Counted from the first letter of the stretch, positions 29,429 through 38,620 are shown. The stretch is 61,686 nucleotides of DNA from Alphaproteobacteria bacterium (GCA_030431435.1 JAUIJI010000001.1:1-61686); one strand, 5' to 3'. Translations and numbers: made by a program. Notes: generated by a model from the sequence alone, not told the origin.

Positions 29429-30033
29429 CCCTTGCGATAGAGCGCCGCCTCTGCCGCGCGTCTCCTGACCAGCCCCTTCATTACCTTGCCACCAGCGTAA
29501 ACCCAGCGATCGAACTCGCGCGCAGCACCGGCGAAATCGCCCACGACGTGCTTGCGGGTGAGCGTGGCCTTGCTGATCGCGCCGGTGTTGTAGTGAAAGC
29601 TGACCAGCGCATCGAACTGCGCCTGGCTTGTGGGCGCATCGCCAATCGCGCGGGACACGCCCTCCGCATAACGCACAAGGTCCGCTTCCAGCCGCGCGTC
29701 GCACTGCGCCTGCGTCCAGACGGTGCCGGGCGCGATGCCCTTGCCCGTCGCGCCCCAGCCGATTGTCCAGGGATCGCCGCCCGTGCCGGGATCGGGATAA
29801 GCTTCAAACAGGCCATCACCCCGCCGCTTCGCGCAGCCCTCGAACTGCTTGATCAGCGCAAGGCCATCCGGCCCGATGCTGCGCGGCGCGGGGTTCGCGT
29901 TAACATTTGGAACACATGGAACACTGTCCTGAAGGAGAATATCTGCCGCCCCGTCGAGCGCGGAAACCCCGCTCTGCGAGGAGCTGCGGGCAAGGATGTT
30001 TCGGACGGTATCAAACAGGGATTCGCGGGACAT
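29425..30033 (-). CDS. GH24 (phage-type) lysozyme
   Basis: LIKQFEG...AYPDPG...WTIGWG, QFDALVSFHYNTG, WVYAGGKVMKGLVRRRAAEAALY. Start placed at MSRESLFD. Confidence 0.92.
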   Translation of the reverse strand: MSRESLFDTVRNILARSSSQSGVSALDGAADILLQDSVPCVPNVNANPAPRSIGPDGLALIKQFEGCAKRRGDGLFEAYPDPGTGGDPWTIGWGATGKGIAPGTVWTQAQCDARLEADLVRYAEGVSRAIGDAPTSQAQFDALVSFHYNTGAISKATLTRKHVVGDFAGAAREFDRWVYAGGKVMKGLVRRRAAEAALYRKG

Positions 30034-30102
30034 AGAGGCGACCTTTGATCGGTTGGATTCGAGGTCGGCGCTAGGTGGGCCTCGGGCCTGTAGGAAAGGC
30101 CT

Positions 30103-30152
30103 GTAAAGAGCTCTTGACTGACAAGAGGTCTTTACAGTAAAGAACTCTTTAC
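30103..30152. promoter_or_regulatory. Three tandem palindromic operators (17-bp period) overlapping a TTGACT -35
   Basis: GTAAAGAGCTCTTGAC (30103-30118), GACAAGAGGTCTTTAC (30120-30135), GTAAAGAACTCTTTAC (30137-30152); consensus GTAAAGA-NN-TCTTTAC. Confidence 0.85.
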
Positions 30153-30171
30153 AGGCAACGGAGCGATTCGG

Positions 30172-30378
30172 ATGAACAACCGCATCAAGGATTATCGTGA
30201 AGCCAAGGGCTGGAGTCAGGGCGAGCTTGCCCGCCGCCTCGGCGTTTCGCGGCAGACGATCAACGCGGTCGAAACCGACAAGTATGACCCCAGCCTGCCG
30301 CTGGCGCTGCGCATGGCCAAGCTGTTCGGCGTGCCTGTGCCTGAGCTTTTTATCGATGAATGGGAGCCTGACGCATGA
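30172..30378 (+). CDS. XRE/Cro-like HTH transcriptional regulator
   Basis: WSQGELARRLGVSRQTINAVETDKYDPSLPLA. Confidence 0.95.
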   Translation: MNNRIKDYREAKGWSQGELARRLGVSRQTINAVETDKYDPSLPLALRMAKLFGVPVPELFIDEWEPDA

Positions 30379-31025
30379 GCAATTCAAACGCTGGAGATGC
30401 CGCAAAGAGCAAGGGGCCATGGCATCTCCCCATCATGGTGCTATGCGGGATTGGCGGATACCTCCTCGGCAAATATGTGCTCGCGCAGGCGTTGCCCGAC
30501 TCCATCGCCTTGGAGCGATCAGAAGCGATCGCACTGGTTGTCGCTGCTATCTATCTGGTTATCGGCCTGGTGACGCTGCTGGCATCAATGTCGCAGCGCA
30601 TGGGCCTGGCCTGGCGCGTCTTTGATGACGAGGAAGCCTGGCAGGATGAGCGCGCACTGACGCTGGTGAGTGCGATGGCCTGCCTGCTGTTGGCAGCTAT
30701 TCCCGTGGTGCTGGTCATGGCCGGATCGCTGGAACAACTCGGGAAGGGCGCAGCGCTGGGGATCATTGCCCCGCTTGCGCTCGCTTCCGCTTTTCTGACC
30801 TGGCGCTGCTGGCAGATGATGGATGAGTTGTGGCGCATGGTGACCAATGAAGCGACCGTGGTGGCCTTCTGGCTGGTCTTCTGCTTTGGCAGCGCATGGT
30901 CCATAGCGGCGCAGTTGCAGTTTGCGATGCCGCTTGCGCCGCTGGACTGGATCAGCCTGTTCCTCGTCGCTTCGCTGGTGGCCAGCGTCCTTGCGACGGT
31001 CAAACGGGGTATGCACGAAGGCTGA
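30375..31025 (+). CDS. Hypothetical multi-pass membrane protein, coupled to the XRE gene
   Basis: ATGA overlap; about 6 hydrophobic segments. Confidence 0.85.
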   Translation: MSNSNAGDAAKSKGPWHLPIMVLCGIGGYLLGKYVLAQALPDSIALERSEAIALVVAAIYLVIGLVTLLASMSQRMGLAWRVFDDEEAWQDERALTLVSAMACLLLAAIPVVLVMAGSLEQLGKGAALGIIAPLALASAFLTWRCWQMMDELWRMVTNEATVVAFWLVFCFGSAWSIAAQLQFAMPLAPLDWISLFLVASLVASVLATVKRGMHEG

Positions 31026-31045
31026 GCAGGCTTGCACCGGACAAG

Positions 31046-31080
31046 CAAAAGGGCCGCCCGGTTTCCCGAGCGGCCCTTTC
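31046..31080 (-). terminator. Intrinsic terminator of glnA, probably bidirectional
   Basis: Minus strand GGGCCGCTCGG-GAAA-CCGGGCGGCCC-TTTT; TTTCTT follows the stem on the plus strand; lies between convergent genes. Confidence 0.85.
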
Positions 31081-31104
31081 TTGTTATCCGTGGATCGGTT
31101 CGGC

Positions 31105-32514
31105 TTATGCCGAGTAGTACATGTCGAACTCGACCGGGGCGGGGGTCTGCTCGGTGCGATAGACCTCTTCCCACTTCAGTTCCATGTAGGCTTCGATCTG
31201 GTCCTTGGTGAACACGCCGCCCTTGGTCAGGAAGTCGTGATCGGCTTCCAGGGCTTCCAGTGCTTCACGCAGGCTGCCGCAAACCGTGGGCACATCGGCC
31301 AGCTCTTCCGGCGGAAGATCATACAGGTTCTTGTCCATGGCATCGCCCGGGTGGATCTTGTTCTCGATACCGTCGATACCGGCCATCAGCAGTGCTGCGG
31401 CAGACAGGTACGGGTTGCCCAGCGGATCGGGGAAACGGAATTCCACGCGCTTGGCCTTTTCACCGGCACCGTAAGGAATACGGCACGAAGCAGAGCGGTT
31501 GCGCGCCGAATAGGCGAGCAGCACAGGCGCTTCGAAGCCCGGCACCAGGCGCTTGTAGCTGTTGGTGGTCGGGTTGGTGAAGGCGTTACATGCCTTGGCG
31601 TGCTTGATCACGCCGCCGATGTAGTGGAGGCAGGTTTCCGACAGGCCGGCATAGCCTTCACCGGCGAAGGTGTTCTTGCCGTCCTTCCAGATCGACATGT
31701 GGGTGTGCATGCCGGAGCCGTTGTCCATGCGGATCGGCTTGGGCATGAAGGTTGCCGTCTTGCCATAGGCATTGGCGACCTGCTGCACGACATACTTGTA
31801 GACCTGCGTGCGGTCAGCGGTTTCCAGCAGCTGGCCGAAGGTCATGCCCAGTTCGTGCTGCGCAGCGGCCACTTCGTGGTGCTGCTTGTCCATCGGCAGG
31901 CCCATTTCGAGCATGGTCGAGACCATTTCTGCACGGATGTCCATGCAGTGATCGACCGGCGCGACGGGGAAGTAGCCGCCCTTGGCACGCGGACGGTGGC
32001 CCAGGTTGCCACCTTCGTAATCCTTGCCGGTGTTGGTGGGCAGTTCGATATCGTCGATTGCAAAGCCCGATCCGGCATAGCCGTCTTCGAAGCGGACATC
32101 ATCGAACATGAAGAATTCGGGTTCCACGCCGACGAACACGGTGTCGCCGATGCCGGTGGTCTTCAGGTAATCTTCAGCGCGCTTGGCGGTCGAACGCGGA
32201 TCGCGACCGTAGAGCGAGCCATCCGACGGCTCGACGATGTTACACACGATGATCAGCATCGGCGTTGCGCTGAACGGATCGACGTAAACGGCATCGAGGT
32301 CCGGCTTCAGGATCATGTCGGATTCGTTGATGACCTTCCAGCCTTCGATCGAAGAACCATCGAACATCATGCCTTCTTCAAGCATGTCTTCGTCAACGAC
32401 GCCGGCACACATGGACAGGTGCTGCCACTTGCCCTTGGGGTCAGTGAAGCGGACATCGACCCATTCGATCTCCTCGTCCTTGATCCGCTTAACGATATCG
32501 GATGCACTCGCCAT
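31105..32514 (-). CDS. glnA: Glutamine synthetase type I
   Basis: [33 protein letters not shown], adenylylation site NLYDLP. Confidence 0.99.
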   Translation of the reverse strand: MASASDIVKRIKDEEIEWVDVRFTDPKGKWQHLSMCAGVVDEDMLEEGMMFDGSSIEGWKVINESDMILKPDLDAVYVDPFSATPMLIIVCNIVEPSDGSLYGRDPRSTAKRAEDYLKTTGIGDTVFVGVEPEFFMFDDVRFEDGYAGSGFAIDDIELPTNTGKDYEGGNLGHRPRAKGGYFPVAPVDHCMDIRAEMVSTMLEMGLPMDKQHHEVAAAQHELGMTFGQLLETADRTQVYKYVVQQVANAYGKTATFMPKPIRMDNGSGMHTHMSIWKDGKNTFAGEGYAGLSETCLHYIGGVIKHAKACNAFTNPTTNSYKRLVPGFEAPVLLAYSARNRSASCRIPYGAGEKAKRVEFRFPDPLGNPYLSAAALLMAGIDGIENKIHPGDAMDKNLYDLPPEELADVPTVCGSLREALEALEADHDFLTKGGVFTKDQIEAYMELKWEEVYRTEQTPAPVEFDMYYSA

Positions 32515-32561
32515 GGTATTTCCTTCCTTGATCGTTTGATCTTTTATTCAAGCTTGGCATT

Positions 32562-32582
32562 GGGGCCGGGAAAGTCCCGGCT
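32562..32582 (-). repeat. Hairpin in the glnB-glnA spacer
   Basis: Minus strand GAGCCGGGA-CTT-TCCCGGCCC. Confidence 0.6.
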
Positions 32583-32603
32583 CAATTCGTGTGTTGTGGC
32601 GCG

Positions 32604-33014
<411 letters not shown>

Positions 33015-33015
33015 T

Positions 33016-33032
33016 TACAAGAATCATGCCAA
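33016..33032 (-). promoter_or_regulatory. Sigma54 (-24/-12)-type promoter for glnBA
   Basis: Minus strand TTGGCATGATTCTTGTA versus consensus TGGCAC-N5-TTGCA (GT instead of GC at -12). Confidence 0.65.
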
Positions 33033-33113
33033 GCCTGCACTTGCCGGACTAGACAATCGGGCGCGGTAGCGAAAGGGCGGATTCGCAAGATTGGAATCAT
33101 TTTCGAATGGAAG

Positions 33114-33187
33114 TGGCAATAAAAATGCCATCCCACTTGCAAAATGTTGCACAATATTTTGGCAGTGGCGTGCCTATTATTTAGGCA
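33114..33187. promoter_or_regulatory. NtrC-like upstream activator sites
   Basis: TGCACAATATTTTGGCA (33148-33164) and TGCCTATTATTTAGGCA (33171-33187) fit TGC-N11-GCA. A third palindrome, TGGCA-N7-TGCCA, lies at 33114-33130. All are about 80-155 bp upstream of the sigma54 site. Confidence 0.65.
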
Positions 33188-33196
33188 TCTGCGTAC

Positions 33197-34129
33197 TCAG
33201 AGGCGCAAGCCTGCCGTTTCTCCGCATCCCGCCATCAGGTTGAGGGACTGCACCGCAGCGCCGCTGGCACCCTTGCCAAGATTATCGAGCACCGCCACCA
33301 GCCGGGCCTGGTCACCCGCCTCGTCGGAGAAGACATAGAGCCGCAACCTGTCGCTCGGCTCGTCACCCTTGCGGATCAGCAGTTCGGCCGGGGCATCCTC
33401 TGCTTCGGCAACATGGACAACGGGGCTGTCGGCGTAATACTCTTGCAGCGCCGCGCGCATTTCGTCAGGCCGCGCAGCAGCGCGCATGGCCTCCAGCGCC
33501 AGCGGCACTTCCACCACCATGCCGCGGAATGCCGGGATGACCGAGGGACAGAACACCGGGGGATGCGCCAGCCCCGCCTTCATCTGCATTTCCGGGATAT
33601 GCTTGTGTCCAAGCTTCAGTGCATAGGCCATGAAAGCGAGATCGGTATCGTCCTCGAACCGTCCGATCAGCGACTTTCCGCCACCCGAATAACCGGACAC
33701 GGCGTTGACGGTATAGGCCCATTCGCGGCTGAGCAGCTTCTTGCGGACAAGCGGAGCGATCAGCGCAAGGAATCCGGTGGGGTAGCAACCGGGATTGGAC
33801 ACGCGTGCAGCGCCTGCCACCACCTGCTTGCCGACGATTTCCGGAAAGCCGTAAATCCAGCCGGACGCCGTGCGATGCGCTGTCGAGGCATCGATCACGC
33901 GGGTTGTGCTGGCTTCATCGATCATCGCCACGGCATCGCGCGCGGCATCATCGGGCAGGCAGAGGATGGCGAAATCGCTGTCGTTCAGCGCCTGGCGCCG
34001 GGCTTCGGCATCCTTGCGTTGGTCATCGCCCAATATGACGAGTTCGAATTCGCTACGCCCTGCCAGCCGGTCAGCGATTTCAAGGCCTGTCGTTCCGGCA
34101 CCGCCATCGATGAAGACAGTCTGCGTCAT
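33197..34129 (-). CDS. argC: N-acetyl-gamma-glutamyl-phosphate reductase (type 2)
   Basis: VFIDGGAGTTG, DASTAHR, SNPGCYPTG, LDNLGKGASGAAVQ. Confidence 0.96.
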   Translation of the reverse strand: MTQTVFIDGGAGTTGLEIADRLAGRSEFELVILGDDQRKDAEARRQALNDSDFAILCLPDDAARDAVAMIDEASTTRVIDASTAHRTASGWIYGFPEIVGKQVVAGAARVSNPGCYPTGFLALIAPLVRKKLLSREWAYTVNAVSGYSGGGKSLIGRFEDDTDLAFMAYALKLGHKHIPEMQMKAGLAHPPVFCPSVIPAFRGMVVEVPLALEAMRAAARPDEMRAALQEYYADSPVVHVAEAEDAPAELLIRKGDEPSDRLRLYVFSDEAGDQARLVAVLDNLGKGASGAAVQSLNLMAGCGETAGLRL

Positions 34130-34503
34130 TTCGCCACCGGTTCCAGCCGGTCGATATGGACATAGCCGACAGGGCCTTCCAGCGAGAGGCAACCCCAGGC
34201 CCAGCTGCCGGTTATGTCGAGCAGTTCGAAGCTGTCACCTTCAAGCAGTGTGCACAGCTCTGCGGCCTCGTCAGAGGGACCAGCGCGCAGCACCGCACCG
34301 CCCGGCATTACGCCGCGCGGCTGGGGCACGGCGTAGTGCGGCACGAAGTACTTTCCGGCGAGGCCGATATGCGCCACATCACCGCGCAGGGGCACGCGCG
34401 TCTCGTCGGGCCGCTCAACCGGGCCGGAGAGTACGAACGGACCCTGCGCATGGGTGGCCAGCGCGTCATCGGGCGTTGCAGAAACAGTCACATCTTTGTC
34501 CAC
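34126..34503 (-). CDS. Stand-alone bacterial SH3-domain protein
   Basis: LRAGPS...LLEGDSFELLD..GSWAWG....VGYV pattern; ATGA overlap with argC. Confidence 0.75.
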   Translation of the reverse strand: MDKDVTVSATPDDALATHAQGPFVLSGPVERPDETRVPLRGDVAHIGLAGKYFVPHYAVPQPRGVMPGGAVLRAGPSDEAAELCTLLEGDSFELLDITGSWAWGCLSLEGPVGYVHIDRLEPVAK

Positions 34504-34574
34504 GAGTAATCACTTGTCGCCGCGATTAGACGTGCGGACGTGCTTGGGCAAGCATGCTGCAATTCGCGCTGTCC

Positions 34575-35969
34575 TTAGCCGAAGCGCTTTTTCAGCATGT
34601 GGAAGGCTGCACGCAGGCCCAGCGCCGCGCCGCCCTTGGGCCGTCCGGGCTTGGCAGCGGACCGCCATGCGAAGGTATCGAAATGCGCCCAGTCGATGTC
34701 GTCACCCACGAACTTGTCGAGGAAGCTGGCAGCCACGCTGGCCCCGGCAAAGGCGTTGCCGTGGGTGTTGTTGGTATCGGCAATGTCGGACTTTAGCCAT
34801 TCGCCATAGGCGGCGTGGATCGGCAACCGCCACGGTGCATCGTCATTTGCGCGGCCTTCTGCAATCAATTCGTCCGCCGTCTCGTCACGCCGGGTGAAAA
34901 GGGCGGGGAGATCCGGCCCCACGGCCACACGGGCAGCGCCGGTCAGCGTGGCGAAATCTATGATGAACTCAGGGCCCTGCTCGCTGGCATAGGTGAGGGC
35001 ATCGCCGAGGATCAGGCGCCCTTCCGCATCGGTATTGCCGATCTCGACCGTCAGCCCCTGGCGGCTGGAGAGCACGTCACCGGGGCGGAAGGCATTGCCG
35101 GAAATGGCATTCTCCACCGCCGGGACAAGGCATTGCAGCCGCACCTTGAGGCCCGCTTTCATGACCAGACCGGCCAGCGCCAGCGCATGCGCCGCGCCGC
35201 CCATATCCTTCTTCATCAACAGCATCCCGGAAGCGGGCTTGATGTCGAGCCCGCCCGAATCGAAGGCCACGCCCTTGCCGACGATGGCGATGCGCGGGTG
35301 CTTGTCATCGCCCCAGTTCAGCTCGATCAGGCGCGGCGCATGCTCGCGCGCAGCGGCACGGCCCACGGCATGGACCATGGGAAAGCCCGTTACCAAAGCA
35401 TCGCCGCGCACCACATCCAGCTTTGCGCCATGGGCACCGGCCAGCTTGGCGGCTTCGGCCTCGATCGCTTCGGGACCCATGTCTTCCGCAGGCGTGTTGA
35501 CCATATCGGCCACCAGCGCGCAGGCCTGCACTTCGGCCTGCATCGCCTCGATCCGGGCGACTTCGCTGGTCAGCAGGATGCGCTCGCCCTCGGCGTCGTC
35601 ATCCTTCTTGTAGCGATCGAACACATATTGCGCGCTCTGCCAGCCGAACATGGCGATGCCCGGTTCGCCGGATGCCAGCCGATAGGTTCCCGCAGGCAGG
35701 CTCTCGGCAAGCTTGGCAAGGCACCAGCTGGAAAGATCGTCGGGATTGGCGACGCCGCCCACTGCGAACCAGCCTTCGTCTTCGGCGTTCTTGGCAGGCA
35801 CAATGCCGACTTGGTAACCGCCGCCGGTAAATTTCTGCGCCGCCAGCGCAGCGCGCTGCGGACCACTGAGGTTCTTGGCGAAGTCCTCAAAGCCGTCCTT
35901 GTTGACGAGGTGGATATCCACGGCATCCTGACCGCGATCCGGCTGGATCAAATCACTTTTTACGCTCAT
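34575..35969 (-). CDS. M17 family leucyl aminopeptidase
   Basis: VGKGVAFDSGGLDIK, MKKDMGGAA, NTDAEGRL, ATLTGA. Confidence 0.96.
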   Translation of the reverse strand: MSVKSDLIQPDRGQDAVDIHLVNKDGFEDFAKNLSGPQRAALAAQKFTGGGYQVGIVPAKNAEDEGWFAVGGVANPDDLSSWCLAKLAESLPAGTYRLASGEPGIAMFGWQSAQYVFDRYKKDDDAEGERILLTSEVARIEAMQAEVQACALVADMVNTPAEDMGPEAIEAEAAKLAGAHGAKLDVVRGDALVTGFPMVHAVGRAAAREHAPRLIELNWGDDKHPRIAIVGKGVAFDSGGLDIKPASGMLLMKKDMGGAAHALALAGLVMKAGLKVRLQCLVPAVENAISGNAFRPGDVLSSRQGLTVEIGNTDAEGRLILGDALTYASEQGPEFIIDFATLTGAARVAVGPDLPALFTRRDETADELIAEGRANDDAPWRLPIHAAYGEWLKSDIADTNNTHGNAFAGASVAASFLDKFVGDDIDWAHFDTFAWRSAAKPGRPKGGAALGLRAAFHMLKKRFG

Positions 35970-36019
35970 AAGGGCCCTTCTGCCCGCAAGGGTCGCATTT
36001 GGAAAGGCAGAGAAACCAC

Positions 36020-36820
36020 ATGGGACGAGTTTGTCTGGGGATGGCGGCGGTATTGCTGCTTGTTTCCTGTCGGCAGGATGATCCGCCGGCGGTCCCCGAT
36101 GAGGTGCCGACACCCACTAAGAGCGCATCCGCAACGCCGGTCCCGGTCAGCGGTGCGCGTGCCGTGGTGGAGGAGACGGGCGATTTCCTGTTCGAATATT
36201 CCTATCCGGAAGAGGCGGGCAACATTCCCGAGTTGGCGGCGCGACTGGGTGACCGGCTGGATGCCTCGCGTGCGGAAATCGCCGCGCAAAGTGCCGAGGC
36301 GCGCGAGATCGCGCATGATGACGGCTTCCCCTTCAACAAGTATTCGATCAGCACGACATGGGAAGTGGTGGCCGATACGCCGCGCTTCCTCAGCCTCTCG
36401 TCCAGCTTTGAATCCTATACGGGCGGCGCCCACGGAATCTATGGCTATGACACGCTGGTGTGGGATCGCGAGGCGGGCAGGGCCATGGAACCGGCCGACT
36501 TCTTCACCAGCCTCGATGCGCTGGACCAGGTGCTTGCGGAACAATTCTGCGAAACCCTGAATGCGGAACGCGCCAAGCGGCGCGGCGAAGCGGTGGAAGA
36601 GGGGAGCGAAGACATGTTCGACCAGTGCGTGCCACTGTCGGACACTACCGTTCTGCTCGGCTCTTCGGGCGGCACTGTCTTTGATCGGATCGGCATCCAG
36701 GTTGGTCCCTATGTCGCTGGCCCTTATGCCGAAGGGTCGTTCGAGTTCACCTTTCCCGTGACCCCGGCTGTGATGGAAGTGGTGAAGGAGGACTATCGCA
36801 GCGCCTTCGCTGCGCGGTGA
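36020..36820 (+). CDS. DUF3298/DUF4163 (RsiV/PdaC-like) lipoprotein
   Basis: Lipobox LVSC, YTGGAHG, PYVAGPYAEG. Confidence 0.85.
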   Translation: MGRVCLGMAAVLLLVSCRQDDPPAVPDEVPTPTKSASATPVPVSGARAVVEETGDFLFEYSYPEEAGNIPELAARLGDRLDASRAEIAAQSAEAREIAHDDGFPFNKYSISTTWEVVADTPRFLSLSSSFESYTGGAHGIYGYDTLVWDREAGRAMEPADFFTSLDALDQVLAEQFCETLNAERAKRRGEAVEEGSEDMFDQCVPLSDTTVLLGSSGGTVFDRIGIQVGPYVAGPYAEGSFEFTFPVTPAVMEVVKEDYRSAFAAR

Positions 36821-36892
36821 ACCGGCAGGCGCGAAAGTCAGCGCCCGCCGATGGGAGTCGCAATTGCGACGATCTGTCGCTACATGGCTGCC

Positions 36893-37726
36893 ATGGTTGA
36901 ATATCAGCACGTAACCGATGACATGTCCGTCTATCGCGACGGGACAATCAAGATCCACGGGCCGGAAGGCTTTGCCGGCATGCGCAAGGCCGGTCGCCTC
37001 GCTGCCGAAATCCTCGATGCGCTGTATGAAAAGGTCGTTCCCGGTGTGACCACCGAGGAACTCGACACCTTCGTGCGCAACATGATGCTGGATGGCGGGG
37101 CTGTTCCGGCAACGCTGGGCTATCGCGGTTTCACGCACAGCTGCTGCACCTCGATCAACCACGTGGTGTGCCACGGCATTCCGGGGCCGAAGGTGCTCAA
37201 GTCCGGCGATATCGTGAATATCGATGTGACCCCGCTGCTCGATGGCTGGCACGGCGATACCAGCCGCATGTACCTCGTCGGCGATGTGCCGCTGAAGGCG
37301 CGGCGGCTGGTCGATGTCACTCACGAATGCCTGATGATCGGCATAGCGCAGGTGCGCCCCGGCGCGCGTCTCGGCGATATCGGCGCGGCGATCCAGGCGC
37401 ACGCGGAAAAGCACCGCTATGGCGTGGTGCGGGAATTCTGCGGCCACGGCCTGGGCCGCCTGTTCCACGATGCGCCCGAAGTGGTCCACGCCGCGCGCGC
37501 CGGCACCGGGCCGGAGCTGAAGGCCGGCATGTTCATGACCATCGAACCGATGATCAATGCGGGGCGTGCCCATGTGAAACTGCTCAATGACGGCTGGACC
37601 GCGGTGACGCGGGACAAGAGCTTGTCTGCCCAGTTCGAACACTCGATCGGTATCACCGAGGATGGCTGCGAACTCTTCACCGAAAGCCCCAAGGGGTTCC
37701 ATAATCCGGCAGCCTTCGAAGGCTGA
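36893..37726 (+). CDS. map: Methionine aminopeptidase type I
   Basis: VVCHGIP, NIDVT, HGDTSRM, CGHGLG..FH, TIEPMIN, SAQFEHS. Start could also be 36884. Confidence 0.97.
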   Translation: MVEYQHVTDDMSVYRDGTIKIHGPEGFAGMRKAGRLAAEILDALYEKVVPGVTTEELDTFVRNMMLDGGAVPATLGYRGFTHSCCTSINHVVCHGIPGPKVLKSGDIVNIDVTPLLDGWHGDTSRMYLVGDVPLKARRLVDVTHECLMIGIAQVRPGARLGDIGAAIQAHAEKHRYGVVREFCGHGLGRLFHDAPEVVHAARAGTGPELKAGMFMTIEPMINAGRAHVKLLNDGWTAVTRDKSLSAQFEHSIGITEDGCELFTESPKGFHNPAAFEG

Positions 37727-37814
37727 AGCGTTTCCCCGGATGGTTTGACGGGGGTCAATGCCCGCCTGCCTGCCGAGAGTCATTCTGCTTCCAGAAAGTG
37801 GAAGGAGAATGGTC

Positions 37815-38264
37815 ATGATTACACGTTCGTTTTTCGCCGCAGTAGCCCTTGGCGCAACTGCTCTTGCAAGCCCGGCCACCGCGCAGGATCCTGCCGACCA
37901 GGCGCAGGTGCAGGAACTCGCCAACCGCTGGACCGCTGCCTATAACAGCGTGGACGTGCCCGCGCTGGCGGATCTCTATGCCGATGATGCGGAGCTTTAT
38001 ATCCACCGCGAAGGGCGCTTTATCGGGCAAGCCTCGATCCAGGATTACTGGGCAGCGGATATGGACCGCGCCAGTCCGATCACCGTGCTCAATGTCACTG
38101 ACAGCGTCGTCGATTCCGAAATGATGCTGGTCCATGGCAATTACCAGGTTCTCGATCGCAACAGCGGGGTTCCGCTGGGCGGCGGCCGTTTTGCCCACAT
38201 CTGGGTGCTTGAAGAGGATGGCTGGGTGCTCGATCGTGATGTATGGGTCGACCTGCAATGGTAA
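37815..38264 (+). CDS. Exported NTF2/SnoaL-like (DUF4440-type) protein
   Basis: AAGGAG SD, signal peptide ending ATA-Q, WTAAYNSVD..ALADLYADDA, C-terminal W...DGW. Confidence 0.75.
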   Translation: MITRSFFAAVALGATALASPATAQDPADQAQVQELANRWTAAYNSVDVPALADLYADDAELYIHREGRFIGQASIQDYWAADMDRASPITVLNVTDSVVDSEMMLVHGNYQVLDRNSGVPLGGGRFAHIWVLEEDGWVLDRDVWVDLQW

Positions 38265-38620
38265 GATCACTCACCGCATTTGCTGGCCTGCTCGCTCTCG
38301 CGGGATGCCAGACGACATCCGCTGACATGCCGGACCGGGTGGAACGCCCGGTCTATGGCGATGTCCATACATTTGCCGAGGCAGCTTGCGGCGGATGCCA
38401 TGCGGTGGATCATAATGCCCTGTCCCCCGATGTGCGCGCGCCGGAATGGCCCAGCATCGTCAATGATCCGGACCTGACCCGGGAGACTTTGCGCGATTGG
38501 CTTATCGACGCGCACAACTATCCCGAAGAGATGGATTTTGATCTCAACCGACCGCAGATCGAGGAACTCGTCACCTACATGATGAGCCTGAAGGTGTCCG
38601 GCTACGAGCCGTCTATCTGA
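38258..38620 (+). CDS. Monoheme cytochrome c lipoprotein
   Basis: Lipobox LAGC, heme motif CGGCH, distal HNYPEEM. Confidence 0.85.
   Translation: MVRSLTAFAGLLALAGCQTTSADMPDRVERPVYGDVHTFAEAACGGCHAVDHNALSPDVRAPEWPSIVNDPDLTRETLRDWLIDAHNYPEEMDFDLNRPQIEELVTYMMSLKVSGYEPSI

Noticed and set aside
30103-30152. Repeat array as a mini-CRISPR
   Set aside because: 16-bp units with 1-bp gaps, no spacers, no cas genes
30034-30420. N-terminal extension of the lysozyme ORF to 331 aa
   Set aside because: Runs antisense through the XRE gene and the operator array
29425-31025. Prophage call for the lysozyme/XRE block
   Set aside because: No integrase, att repeats, or structural or packaging genes
34815-37924. 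581-aa (+) and 652-aa (-) ORFs
   Set aside because: Shadows of the M17 peptidase, the DUF3298 lipoprotein and map
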